64,000 nt of DNA from Octopus vulgaris (lineage: Eukaryota): NCBI GenBank assembly GCA_951406725.2, contig OX597820.1, positions 86,614,001-86,678,000 of the forward strand, in the 5' to 3' direction. Under the pieces are notes generated by a model. That model saw only the letters and a program-made list of their open reading frames with translations. It made no database searches and was not told where the DNA came from. Below are positions 28,033-40,724 of the stretch, in pieces. Numbering within the stretch: the first letter of the stretch is position 1; each line of letters opens with the position of its first letter. The position numbers were made by a program, and so were the translations under genes.

Positions 28033-28351
28033 AAAATGGCCGCCAGGACGGAAACAATAACAACGATGATGACAATAATGTGAACGGCAACAACCACTAC
28101 AATACTACTAGCTCTCCTACTAGATCAATTACAACTATAGGAAAAAAGAATAACAGCAACTGCTAGAACAATAACAACAGCAACAACAAAACTTCATCAT
28201 TTGCTGTAAATGAACGCCATAACGCCAAAAATTAAGAAACTGTCCTTCCATCCGCCATAACTTTATCTATTTTGAGCTTGGTTGATTTCCTATTTTGTCT
28301 GAGAAATTCGTTCAAGATGTCAAAAATGTAAAAGCGAAAGATGCGGTGGTC

Positions 28352-28405
<54 letters not shown>

Positions 28406-28874
28406 CGGTGATGGTTGTGGTGATGGTAGTGGGGTTATAGAATCAAATGGGTAGGGGAAAATCAGAAGTCAATTTGTAATAGGAATTGAGTGATTAGTGG
28501 CGTTCAGTTTAGCATAATTTTCTCTCTGTTTTACTGGAACTAATTGTGCCAACAAATATATTGTTTAATTTTGATTTTATTGTTATATAGTTGTTGTTGC
28601 TGTTGTTGATGATGATGATATTGTGTGTCGTTATTTTTCTTCTATTTTTTTGTATTGCTCTTGTTGTTTTGATGCTAGATTTATATTTTGTTTGACTCAT
28701 TGTTGTTTTATTGAATTTGTCGTCTTGTTTTATCGTTCTTAATTCTAATTTGTTAGCCGCCATCTTTGATCGTCTGCAAATTTGCGTTGTTTGGCGGTCG
28801 AAAGATTTCGCGACATGAATTCAAAGATTTATGCAGGAAAGCGAGGAAATAATTATACTGATTGCTAGGTAAGT
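28033..28874 (+). promoter_or_regulatory. Candidate promoter/first exon: YY1-type motifs and a consensus 5' splice site
   Basis: AAAATGGCCGCC (28033-28044), GCCGCCATCTTTG (28756-28768), locally retained CpGs and AG|GTAAGT at 28868/28869. No TE homology recognised. Confidence 0.4.
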
Positions 28875-29298
28875 GAGACAGAAGAGATGAGTAATCTTAT
28901 ATATGTGCAAATGCGTGTATCTAAGAGGAAAAGAGAGAAAGACAGACAGATTTAGACATAGAACTGTAGGTATACCTGTCTGTGTGTCTGAGAAAGTGTG
29001 TATACCTTTTTGCATGATAGAGAAATAGGTTAATGTGCGAGGGGGTAAGTGCGTGTGTTGGAGTGTGTATTTGTGAGAGGAACAGGGAGAGAATGAGTAT
29101 GTGTGTGTATATGTGTGTGTGCGCGTGTGCACGTGTATTTTTGTGTATGCATGTGAATGTTCATGTATGTGAATATATTTGTATGCTTCAGACAGTTAAA
29201 GGTTTTCCGTTAAACTTTGATATTGGACAGTTTTCTTGTTTGATCGTGTACGAGCCTGTGTGCACGACTTCTCGTAACAATCAATGTGCATTTGTGTG

Positions 29299-29351
<53 letters not shown>

Positions 29352-30271
29352 CTGTGCGTGTGTGTGCGTGAGTGTGATGTTTCCTCGAGTTCAAATGATG
29401 AGCGGGACAGGTCAGATTATTAGAATCTATATTTTGTGAGAAATTCTATAGGATTTTGTATCCTTTTAGTCTCAGAACATATGAATGTCGTAGATTGGAG
29501 TTATAAAAGATATCATAAGGTTATTTAGTGAAATACTTTGACGAATTACAGTTGGCACAATCACTAACATCGTTATATTTTTTAAATACAAATAAATGCT
29601 GCTCTTACCTTAAACTTATTGAAAGATTGTTTTACATTCATAATTATTCTAACCACTCTCCTCAATATTCTACAAAATTGAATCCCTAAGATTAGTAAAT
29701 AGTATCTTCATTTTTCTTAAAGCATTACAAAAACATACACACAGTATCTTGCTGAATAACTATGAAGGTATATCTTTACATCTCCAATAAGTTCACAAAC
29801 TTAATGCTCCTAGGTATAAATAAAAGACTGTCCTTATTTTTGATGCACAAATCCAGTCAGCATGGGTTAGAAGCTACGGCATTCGCAATGCAAGAACATT
29901 GCTGCTAGATTTATGGGGAAACGTTTGCTGAAGTAACCTTTCAATTGTAATCTATCGCAACTATTGCGAAATTTTTTCACATGAAATCCTTAACGTACAA
30001 TAGTGTTAAAACGAAGTGGTACCGAAACAATTGCAACTAAGAATAAAAATGTGCAAAATTCATTTGCCGTCTTCTTATTTGGATTTTATGTTGCTCTTCG
30101 AAAGGCCTACACAATGGTTTTACCGATGAAGTAACTTGAATTTCTGAAACATAAACTTAATATATGCTTCGGGATTCCAACTCGAAAATGTAGATAGCCA
30201 TGAGTTTGAATTGAATCCTGCAATGGAAACACCACGCTGACTTGCTATCCTATCCTATCGGGAGCTACAAT

Positions 30272-30355
<84 letters not shown>

Positions 30356-31489
30356 GTGTGTGTGTTGGAGCAAACAGGAGAAATATAACTTTTTAAGTAT
30401 TTTTCACCGGCAGAAATTTGTAAAACTGACTCAAAGTTTAGAGTTTAGAGTTTAGAGCATGGTACTTACTGAACTTCAACCCTGAAGGCTTATTATTTAT
30501 ATAGAGTAGATTAAATTTTTTCTGCAGTGTTCTATAAAAAAAACATTAGAACTGGAGAATTATATAAAAAATGTTGTTGTTTTTTTCTTAAATGATCTGC
30601 CAGTTAAACTGAAAGAAGTCTTGAGAAAAGATAAAAATCAAATAAAAAATTGTGAGTGATGTGTATGTGAACAACTACATTTATGTACATATGTGTTTCT
30701 GCGTATATGTATACGTATTGTATACCGGTGAGTCTTTCTGCATATATATATATATATCCTTATAATACAGATGTATATATGTATTGTATGATATTTATTA
30801 TATATGTGTATGTGTGTGTATCTCTGTGTGTCTGTGTCTGTGTGTGTGTGTGCATAAATTCCTATATTATGTAAATGTTTATCCCCCAAGCATATAGTTA
30901 TTTAAAATCATGTCCGGGTATTTTGGAAAGTGTTTATATGCTTGTTATATGCTTTAGGAAATTTGTGATTATGTCAATATAGATAATTTGTAAATAGAAA
31001 ATCTGTGTGCAACAGAAAAGTGTGAATGAGATTGACTATAGTCAAGAGACGAGATGGGTGGTGTGTGGGGGGAGGTTCATTTCCGCTGACTGAGCAGGTA
31101 TTTATCGAAGAATGTCCACATTTTAAACAAATCTGTTATTATTTTCCCAATTTCATCAAGACGCGTGTCTCTTCAACCGAATAGAGCTGACATCTTGGTT
31201 CCGTCTGTATATGGTCTGCTTCCTTCCTGCATTTCCTATTTGTTGTTTTAATCTGCGTTAAGCTATTTCAGATTCAATATGTGGTTGACCATCGCATTTG
31301 TAAATGGTGTACAGAGGCTTTTTGTAACTAGAAATCTGTGAAATATCCACTTTAGAATTACAAAGGTATCTGTGTAAAGAATAATGGTAAACTAGAAGAA
31401 ATATCTACAAAACACGAATAGAACAAACAGTCTTTTGTTTGTTTGCTTGCTGTTTTTTTGCGTCTTTTTTCTTCAAGTAAGCCGACAAA

Positions 31490-32290
31490 TAGTATGCAGA
31501 GACTGAAATGACAAATAATTGTGAAGAAAAATGTGTAGCAACACGAGATATTGCAAAAAGGATAAATCTAAGCTAAAAACAGGACTATGGAATATCATGA
31601 TAAATTTTGGCAAAGAAAGCCCTTACGTGACCAGTATCTAAAAAGGTTAAACACCGTGGAATTGCACCATGAAAATTATCAACAGTATTTGTGATTCAAG
31701 ATTATTGATTGAACACAGGATTATATCCTTCCCTCCAGAAACTATTAAATCTATGCAATATAACAGAATACAATAACGTCAAAATATGTGGCGTTCAGGA
31801 TGCAGGATGCTGGATGCCAGGGCAACATGCTAAAATACCAAAAGGAAAGAGGTTGTTTTGTTCCTTCTTGAGCCACGCCTGGCTTATAGGGCCGGTTTCC
31901 CGGTTTCCTTGGCGTATAGGTTCCCCACCTGGACGAGACGCCGGTCCGTCGCAGGTGGGTTGCAAGATGCAGAGGGAAAGTATGAAAGTTGTGGCGAAAT
32001 AGTCAGCAGAAGTTCACCATTACCTTCTGCCGGAGCCGCGTGGAGCTCAGGTGTTTCGCTCATAAACGCACACATCGCTCGGTCTGAAATTCGAACACGC
32101 GATCCCTCGATCGCGAGTCTGCTGCTCTAACCACTAGGCCATGTGCCTCCACAACAAGAAAGAGGTGGTATAGGCTGACAAAAGAAAAGCGTTCGAAGAA
32201 TGACAAAAGCTACTTGAGTTTGGGCTGTGTCATGACACACATACAAGAAAAAATTATCGACTAGATATTATTATGAATGTCTTCCAGGAA
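31490..32290 (+). mobile_element. Decayed R4/Dong-like LINE fragment interrupted by a SINE
   Basis: WQRKPLRDQY resembles the WxxKPLHGQY motif, followed by a decayed knuckle region. The SINE is inserted at 31854. Confidence 0.5.
31854..32157 (-). mobile_element. Full-length tRNA-Arg-like SINE with 9-bp TSD
   Basis: Head GGAGGCACATGGCCTAGTGGTTAGAGC..GACTCGCGA..GTTCGAATT. GAAAGAGGT occurs at 31845-31853 and 32158-32166. Confidence 0.9.
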
Positions 32291-32674
32291 GAGAAAGTGC
32301 CACCTAATTGAGATTCCAGTCCGAATTGATGATAACGTATCTCTCAAATAAATTTAAAGTTATTCAATTATATAGATCTCTAAATAAAGCTAGCCTGTAT
32401 GGATACACTGACAGCAGAGAAAGTCATTATAACATTAAATGCTTTCGGAATGATGAAAAAAAAATATGCAAACACGTAACTCATAAAGGAATACGTGCGG
32501 TATACAAATATGAATACAATACAGAAAGTAATGCACGCATACACACACCTTTCATGGTACACAGTCAATATATGACGTAGAATAACACTAGTATAACAGG
32601 AAATATTAAAACATCACGAAACACTGTATACACCTAGAGATTATAGAATTGTGCTTGATTTTGCAATGAAAGAA

Positions 32675-32696
32675 TGCAATAATAATAATAATAATA

Positions 32697-32731
<35 letters not shown>

Positions 32732-33254
32732 AGTTTCAAATTTTTCTACAAGGATAGCCATTTTGGGGGAGGAGATTAGTCGATTACATTGACCCCAGTG
32801 CGTAACTGGTACTTAATTTATCGACCCCGAAAGGATGAAAGGCAAAGTCGACTTCGGCGGAATTTGAACTCAGAACCTGAAGACATACGAAATACCACTA
32901 AACATTTCGCCCGGCATACTAACGATTCTGCCAGATCGCCGCCTCAATAATAATAATAATAATAATAGTAATTGGTGTTTCGTTAAATAACCCTTATTCA
33001 CCGACCTTTTGGGTGGGATGGGCTACTCGACCTGAAAAAATTTTAACTGCGCCCCACCTGCAAGGTCATGTGCTATTTATCTTGATATGAGCTCACCATT
33101 TCACGCACATATGGTTGTGATGTATGTGCGGGTTGTAAATTGGGGTATCAGACGGGTAGTCATGACGGGTATATTGGGCTTTGTATATTTGTACCCCAGT
33201 GTCACTTTGATAGAATGCGCTGCTCTCTCACTCAATGATAATAATAATAATAAC

Positions 33255-33348
<94 letters not shown>

Positions 33349-33686
33349 GTAACTCCTTTCTACTATAGGCACAAGGCCTGAAGTTTTGGGGAAGGGAGCT
33401 AGTCGATTACATCGACTCCAGTGTTCAGCTGGTACTTATTTCATCGATCCCCAAAAGGATGAAAGACAAGTCGACCTCGACAGAAATGACTTTGGCACAA
33501 AGCCAGCAAGTTCAGGAGAGTGGGCTTAGTCGATTACATCAGTGTTCAACTAGTCCGTATTTTATCGACCCTGAAAGGAGGAAGCAAAGTCGACCTCAGC
33601 GGAATTGAACTCCGACCATAAAGACGGACGAAATATTATTAGGCATTTTGTCCGGCATGCTAATGATTTTACCAACTCGCTGCGTT

Positions 33687-33743
<57 letters not shown>

Positions 33744-33948
33744 CCTTTCTATTACTGGCACAAGGCCTGAAATTTGGAAGGAGGGAACTAGTCGATTATT
33801 GGTGCTCAACTGGTACTTATTTCATCGACCCCGAAAGAACGAAAGACAGAGTCAACCTCGATGTACTTCAAACTCAGCACTTAAATAACGACAAAATGCC
33901 GCTGAGAATTTGGTCCGTCGTGCTGACGATTCTGCTAGTTCGCTGCCA
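32675..33948. mobile_element. Second SINE/(TAA)n cluster: four minus Nin-SINEs plus the unclassified repeat (32973-33235)
   Basis: Copies at ~32731, 33354, 33490 and 33743, with (AAT)n runs at most junctions. Confidence 0.87.
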
Positions 33949-34614
33949 GGCCAATCAAACTACTTGTGGGACAGAATTTTCTCCCAAGACTCAGCAAAAT
34001 GATATAACATAAGGAAACTCTATACACCCCAGGCACTGGAAATGTATTCCAACACCAGTGATCCCCACTCCAGAACCAACCCTCTATATAGTGTAGCAGC
34101 AGCAGCAGCTAAACTTGTAGGCTAGAAACTGCCAACCCCTTTGTATCTACAGAAGACTGAATCAGATACAGCTCTAAAAGTCGCAATGATAATAACAACA
34201 GATCCATCATGACAACAGAAGACAGTCACGTTAGGAACAAAACAACAACAGTGACAACAAAGCCGTCGTGATTACAGAGAATAGTCTAAACATCGTGAAT
34301 AACAACGACAAGGACAGCAACAATTCAAAGTAAAAATTTTCCTCCTTTCTGTTTTTATTTCTTCCTTCTTTCTATCACATCTGTCTGTGTACCTTTTTAC
34401 TCAGGTATGTATCACTGATTCTCCCTTCACCACTGCAATAACTGAAGTCGAGGAACCGAATCACACATGTAGGGCCATTGGAGACTAAACTGATAGCTCT
34501 AAAGAGCTAGCTCTGTGTCATCCAAATAACATTTCTTCATTAGCTGTGCTGCCGACTAAGCCATTACCGCTTAGGACAGCAGTGACAATAATAATAAGGA
34601 TAAACGAAATGTGT

Positions 34615-34615
<1 letters not shown>

Positions 34616-34673
<58 letters not shown>

Positions 34674-34698
34674 GGTGGTGGTGGTGGTGGTGGTGGTG

Positions 34699-34776
<78 letters not shown>
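34616..34776. repeat. (GTA)n(GGT)n(GTA)n trinucleotide array
   Basis: Visible. Confidence 0.97.
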
Positions 34777-35414
34777 AAAGCTTCTTTAGAAAGATGTTTC
34801 CCCACCTGGTGAGTTGTAGTGAAAAATATAGGTAGGAGGAAAATGCACAGAATATATATATTTTTACATGCAATAAAGTACATAGTCAACCGGTTTCTCT
34901 TTTGCTAATTTTGACTAAGAAATTAGCCAAAATATACAATTTCATGGTATCATAAGAAGTTTTTAGTACATGCTAATAGCAAGGAAGTTTTGTCAATGAA
35001 TCAGTTGCTAATGGAAAGCAATTAGTGATGGTTATTATTAGAAGCAGGGGAGATAATTTTTCTTTTTCTTTTTTGTTTTTTTTATTTTTGAGGTGATTTG
35101 ATTATGTTTACATTACGAAGTTATAAATTTATGAATTAAGACTTTTAAAAAGTTGGATATGTATTCATATTCAAGAGAGATTTGTGTGTGCGCGCGTGTG
35201 TGTGTGTGCATTTCTCTAACTGTAGAGCTCAGAGTACTGGTTGGTGTCACTTTAACTTTTAAGATTAGAGGGGCCCTTTTGAGTCTTTTGAAGCAAATCT
35301 CTCTAGAGATTGTATCTCGATAAAAATACTGGTAGCTGTGACACCTTATCACCACCTTCTTTAGCATGAGGGTTATGGATCAAAGAATTAATACAAACAA
35401 CGGCGTAAACGTGG

Positions 35415-35605
35415 ACGGAACTTAAGATGACGAACCCGGTAAGTGTCCTGTGGGTAAGCAAAAAAGACCCAGTCGACAGAACAAAATGGTCAAAGGCGAT
35501 GAATATAACTCTCATGGGATGTTACCTTTTTAGCAGACCTATTCATGGTGAAGGGAAGCCCATACGACGATATAGAAAGAGGATGCATGACATCTGGATG
35601 GAGAC
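35415..35605 (+). mobile_element. R4/Dong-like ORF N-terminal fragment
   Basis: RTKWSKAMNITLMGCYLFSRP..RRYRKRMHDIWME matches the R4-clade N-terminal KW..MECY..GYRKRM..IW motif. Confidence 0.7.
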
Positions 35606-35608
35606 GTG

Positions 35609-35639
<31 letters not shown>

Positions 35640-35658
35640 GCACACACACACATCTATC

Positions 35659-35695
<37 letters not shown>

Positions 35696-35718
35696 GTATG
35701 TATATATATATATATATG

Positions 35719-35904
35719 CCCATGATAGATCGTTAGCCACTACACGCATTTTTTTATCTCCTTGTTTTTTCTGTGTCCCTTTCTGTAGAAGAGCGTAGGC
35801 TCGAAACGTAAAAGACTTTTTCTATTCCTGAGCGTTATACTAATACATCTGTTTGTTTTGTACACCACCTGTCTTCGTGTTTTGTTTTTTTTTTCGTAAA
35901 CTCT

Positions 35905-35908
<4 letters not shown>
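35719..35908 (+). mobile_element. Solo PLE 3' terminus with a hammerhead-like motif, inserted in (TA)n
   Basis: CTTT-CTGTAGA-A-GAGCGTAGGCTC-GAAACGT-A-AAAG. Shares GAAGAGC..GCTCGAAACGT..TTCCTGAGCG with the PLE end at 49370-49560. Confidence 0.72.
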
Positions 35909-35972
<64 letters not shown>

Positions 35973-36276
35973 TGTTCATCTTCACAGGTGATTGCCGTCT
36001 CTTTGTGCATCCTTATTTTGAATTTCCATCCATGACCTCTCGGCTGACTATTCGGTCTTGTTGGAGACCTGCATGGTTTCAAGCATAGATAACTGAGGAA
36101 ACTTACTGCGCTATTGCAACTGATTAGATTTACACACATCACCTCTCTTCGATCTCCATAGAACTTTCAGTACATGAAATGACAAATGATGTCACCGTAA
36201 AGAAGCACCTGCACATCATTAAATTATAGTCATAAACGTTCGTACGACACGAATGTACATATACCTGTGTATGTAT

Positions 36277-36555
36277 GTCACCGTTAAGTTTTAATTCAAG
36301 ATTTCTTGCCAATAGAGAAAGAGCCGGTTTCTACTCTAAGGCTCCTTCATTGGAATTTCAGCATCAACAACAGGGTATTTTTGAATGTATGCATGTATGT
36401 ATGTATGTATGTATGTATGTATGTATGTATGTATGTATGTATGTATGTATGTATGTATGCAGATTTGTACGATTTGCTTTATGTAAGTATTCTCATGCAT
36501 ATAGTTATATATCTAGACATACTTATATATATTTAAATAATAAACTTCTGGAAAT
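36277..36555 (-). mobile_element. R4/Dong-like 3' end (TACA-associated family)
   Basis: Reverse complement of the 4500-4725 3' UTR, flanked by (TATG)n. Confidence 0.85.
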
Positions 36556-36746
36556 AATGTCTTCGCAAAACACATGTATGTATGTATGTATGTATGTATG
36601 TATGTGTGTATGCATTTATGTGTGTATGAATATATACATACATATAGATATACACACACACATATATATATATAGAAATTCGGGGTGAGTACTTGATAAT
36701 TATAAGCACCTGTGTATACCATTTGGTGGTGTAGGTGGTGGAGTAA

Positions 36747-36935
36747 ATTGATCAAAATAAAATAAAGACATGATGCGAAGGATTCAGCGGTACATATGTT
36801 TCGGGCCTTTATTAGACAGATTTATAACAAGAAGGCCACAGACATACATTATGCATTGTTATAAATCTGTCTAATAAAGGCCCGAAACATATGTACCGCT
36901 GAATCCTTCGCATCATGTTTTTATTTTATTTTGAT

Positions 36936-36939
<4 letters not shown>
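36747..36939. repeat. Near-perfect inverted repeat (84-bp arms, 25-nt loop)
   Basis: 36747-36830 pairs with 36856-36939, with one mismatch. Confidence 0.95.
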
Positions 36940-36996
<57 letters not shown>

Positions 36997-37034
36997 TACA
37001 TACATAGGCAGACAGACGGACAAACAGATAGATG

Positions 37035-37365
37035 TGGTATATTCTGTTAAGAACGTAGTATAATACAGTATAAAGATCGTGCACCTTCAGATTTACCCTC
37101 TGCTGTCCAATAGTAGTATTATACGTACTTCCAGGTCTGTGTTTGGGTGTCTGTCGTGTGTGAATGGATAATTGAAAAAATTGGTGTCAACAACAAGGAG
37201 TACGGTTGGACATGTAATTTTAATCTCTACAAATGTTTCCACACAACGTTTTACTCGTGGAGTGCAGGTTCTTTATTATGTAACCACTTCCCTGCATTAT
37301 GAGATCTAGATGTGTTTCCTCGGGCGATGTGTAAATATTATCTCCGTAAGTTCAAAATCATTGAC
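37035..37365 (-). mobile_element. Possible decayed PLE linker/GIY-YIG fragment
   Basis: Minus strand TIGQQRVNLK resembles YIGQTxxxL. Heavily frameshifted. Confidence 0.35.
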
Positions 37366-37368
37366 TTT

Positions 37369-37512
37369 AAGGACATCCTCTTTGTCTGTTGTGGCCGGAA
37401 TTTAGTAGTAGTCTCTGATATTAACAAGATGTGAGATATATATATATCACACCTTGATAATATCAGAGACTACTACTAAATTTCGGCCACAACAGGCAAA
37501 GAGGGTGTTCTT
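37369..37512. repeat. Inverted repeat (~65-bp arms around a short (TA)n centre)
   Basis: AAGGACATCCTCTTTGTCTG...GTGA pairs with TCAC...CAGGCAAAGAGGGTGTTCTT, with about six mismatches. Confidence 0.93.
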
Positions 37513-37538
37513 GTAGCCGAGGCTATATATATATATAA

Positions 37539-37662
<124 letters not shown>

Positions 37663-37871
37663 GCAAATAAACAACAAGGATGTCAAGGTATGAGTGCATT
37701 CTTCGAGCTGTGCGAGTAGTACCGGATTGACTTGCTGCCTCAACTTAAGTACCTAATTCAACTGAATCTTAATTATTTTTCATATATATATATATACATA
37801 CATATACGAATTTTTACACACATACACATGCACACACACATACACACACAAATACAGATGTATGTATGTAA

Positions 37872-38160
37872 TTATTCAGTTTATTTCAAGACCTGATTTC
37901 TAACCTAGTTCCAAAGCTCCTTCATTGGAATTTTAGCGTCAACAACAGGATATTTTTGTATGTATGTATGTATGTATGTATTTTTGTATGTATGCATGTA
38001 TGTGCAGATTCGTATGTTTTATGTATGTATTCTCATGCGTATAGTTGCTTATCTTGACATGCTCATACATACTTAAATGGTAAACTTCTGGAAAGTTTTA
38101 CAGATTTTTATAGTTCCAGTGTTGCATTGGATCTGTAGTCTTCGAATTAGCTTTCGTCGT
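37872..38160 (-). mobile_element. R4/Dong-like 3' end (TACA-associated family)
   Basis: Same 3' UTR, reverse-complemented, with (TATG)n flanks. Confidence 0.82.
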
Positions 38161-38394
38161 ATGTATGTATGTATGTATGTATGTATGTATGTATGTATGT
38201 ATGTATGTATGTATGTATGTATGTCGATGTTAACGATGAGTATTCAGTACTTTGGCCAACCTATCAACTCTTTGAATTTTCGTATAGCTTGTTAAATATT
38301 TCAAAGACACGCGTACACAGAGTAATTCACAGTTAGAATCATCGTATCACAATAGGACTTGACTGTATTTTTGCATTACATGTACAATCCATCC

Positions 38395-38545
38395 GGCGGG
38401 TCTTCACACAGTTTTCGTCTACCCAGTTTTAGTCCATAAGGCTTTGATCAACCTGAAGCTACTATGAAATGTACTAGCCCAAGATGCTTTGAAGTGGAAC
38501 TGAACACGGAACATCGCGATTCTCAAACGAGTTTCTTAAGCATTC
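38395..38545 (-). mobile_element. CORE-type SINE 5' fragment (old)
   Basis: Decayed match to 45860-46000. Confidence 0.6.
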
Positions 38546-38549
38546 GATC

Positions 38550-38603
<54 letters not shown>

Positions 38604-38773
38604 ATGGGAGGGGGTTCGAGGGTGGTCGGATGGGTGAGTGCCTGTGCATTTGAGTATGAGTATCTCTTTATTCATACATTTACATATATGTAATGTTATA
38701 TAATATATAATATATTATGGATATATATATACATATACATATATATGATATGTATATAAATTATAAATGTATG

Positions 38774-38877
<104 letters not shown>

Positions 38878-39764
38878 TAAATCAATATTAACTTCAGAAT
38901 AATGGACATATATTCACCATTGACCTTCACCCAGGCGCTAGTGCATCGTGAAAGGAAAGACAAGCAGCGATCAAACGTGACACAATACAAGCCTTTATAT
39001 CATGTCCTACGTGTCAGATGAAGCGGCTTTCTGTGCCAGATAATAATCATATATTAATATAATACAATACTAATTAAACTTCCCAGAGAGATCAGCTAGC
39101 GGTCATATTTCTTCACTATAACCACATCTGGACAATGATATTACATTATGATTTATTACAGGGCAAATAAAACGTGTCAGCCATTTTGTGTGTATATGTA
39201 TGTGTACGCGTGTTTGTGTGTGCTGGAATGTATATGTGCGTGCGTGCGTGTATGCATATTTATCTGTATATATATGTATGTATGCATGTATGTATCCATG
39301 CAAATGTGTGTGTATTTGCATGCATTTAAGCAGAAATATAGAAATAGTTCTAGATAGCTGATGTTGATATAGATATATTAAATATGCATGTTCGCAATTG
39401 TATATCTAAGTAGAAATGAAAAATGGAAATTCTAATGTCTGAGAGTAAACGAGACCAAATATACTTCTATTGCAGACTTGAATATATAGATAAGACCAAA
39501 ACTACTATCATAGATCACTCAGATATATAGATAAAATGGAAGCTACTATCATGGCATGCTCTTTTATAAGATGATCTCAAGTCTACTGCTACAGTACACT
39601 CTGGCATATAGCTTCTGTCACTAACACAAGAAGAGTTTCACTCAGCACTATAAGCTGGCAGAACATGTTACTACGTGGTTGAGAATCCTGCAAGAAATGT
39701 CAGCCAAATTTTCTTCAAATTAGACTATATTGTCTTAAAAAAAGTTTTAATGAGATTACGTAAA

Positions 39765-39942
39765 GCTGGAAAAATCATTGGCACGCCGAACAAAACGGTT
39801 AGTGGTATTTCTTCCAGTTTTATATTCTGAGTTCAAATTTCGCCAAGGTTGGCTTTGCCTTTCATCCTTTAGGGGTCGATGAAGTAAGTGTTAGTTTAGC
39901 ATCTGTGTCGAAGTAACTCAATTGTGCCTACAGTAGAAAGAA
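39765..39942 (+). mobile_element. Nin-domain SINE (plus orientation, decayed)
   Basis: TTCTGAGTTCAAATT..CTTTGCCTTTCATCCTTTAGGGGTCGAT. Confidence 0.8.
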
Positions 39943-40189
39943 AAAATATAACGTAGTTCTAGGTACTGCTAAAATGACAGTATGGTTAGGGTAGAATACT
40001 ATTAAGTATAGATATACTCATTACGTTTCACCAATTGCTAAAGAACAACAATAATAATTTATAAGTGTACATTATGTTATACAATTACCTTTCAAAATAT
40101 GCTTACAGGCACAGCTGAACCATTTCCAACCGACTACTAGTGCAGTCATCTTTCTCTCTATCTATCTATCTATCTCTCATTTTTACATC

Positions 40190-40666
40190 CTGGATGTTCT
40201 GTGGAGTCAAATTTCAGAGGGCTGAGAGGATATTTGTGACTGCTGGCGATTATATATGCAATTCGCGTAAGAGTCCGATGGTCCCTATCTGAAAGTTTGG
40301 TTTTCTTCCAGAGTTTTGTTTTGACGAGGAGGTTTTTCCCTCTTTCTCAAATGCTGTCATTACTTTCGAGACAGTACTTCTTGATACACCAAATATTTCG
40401 GCTGTGTTCGTTACGCTAGCGCCTGCCATACGAGCACCAACAATTTGACCTCTTTGAAAGTCAGATAGATCTGTCATTTTAATGAATTTTAATCACCTTT
40501 TTCTGATGATATCTGAAAAGAAACAGAAATTTTAGCAAAACATATTAAGCAACACTAATTCTAAATCAAAAAACATAAAAATAAACAAGCTTTTGTCGGT
40601 TTTATAAATATTTCAAAATTATGATACTATGATACTATGTGTTTCCATTATTTTATCCAACCCCTA
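40190..40666 (-). mobile_element. Tc1-like transposon left end + transposase N-terminus
   Basis: MTDLSDFQRGQIVGARMAGASVTNTAEIFGVSRSTVSKV..SGRKP (paired-like HTH). TIR-like AGGGGTTGGATAAAATAATGGAAACAC lies next to (TA)n. Confidence 0.88.
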
Positions 40667-40677
40667 TATATATATAG

Positions 40678-40724
<47 letters not shown>

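Noticed and set aside
28509-28763. Minus-strand ORF MAANKLELR... with good start context
   Set aside because: Low-complexity N/I/T/K composition. The AAGATGGCGGC start is equally explained as a YY1 motif.
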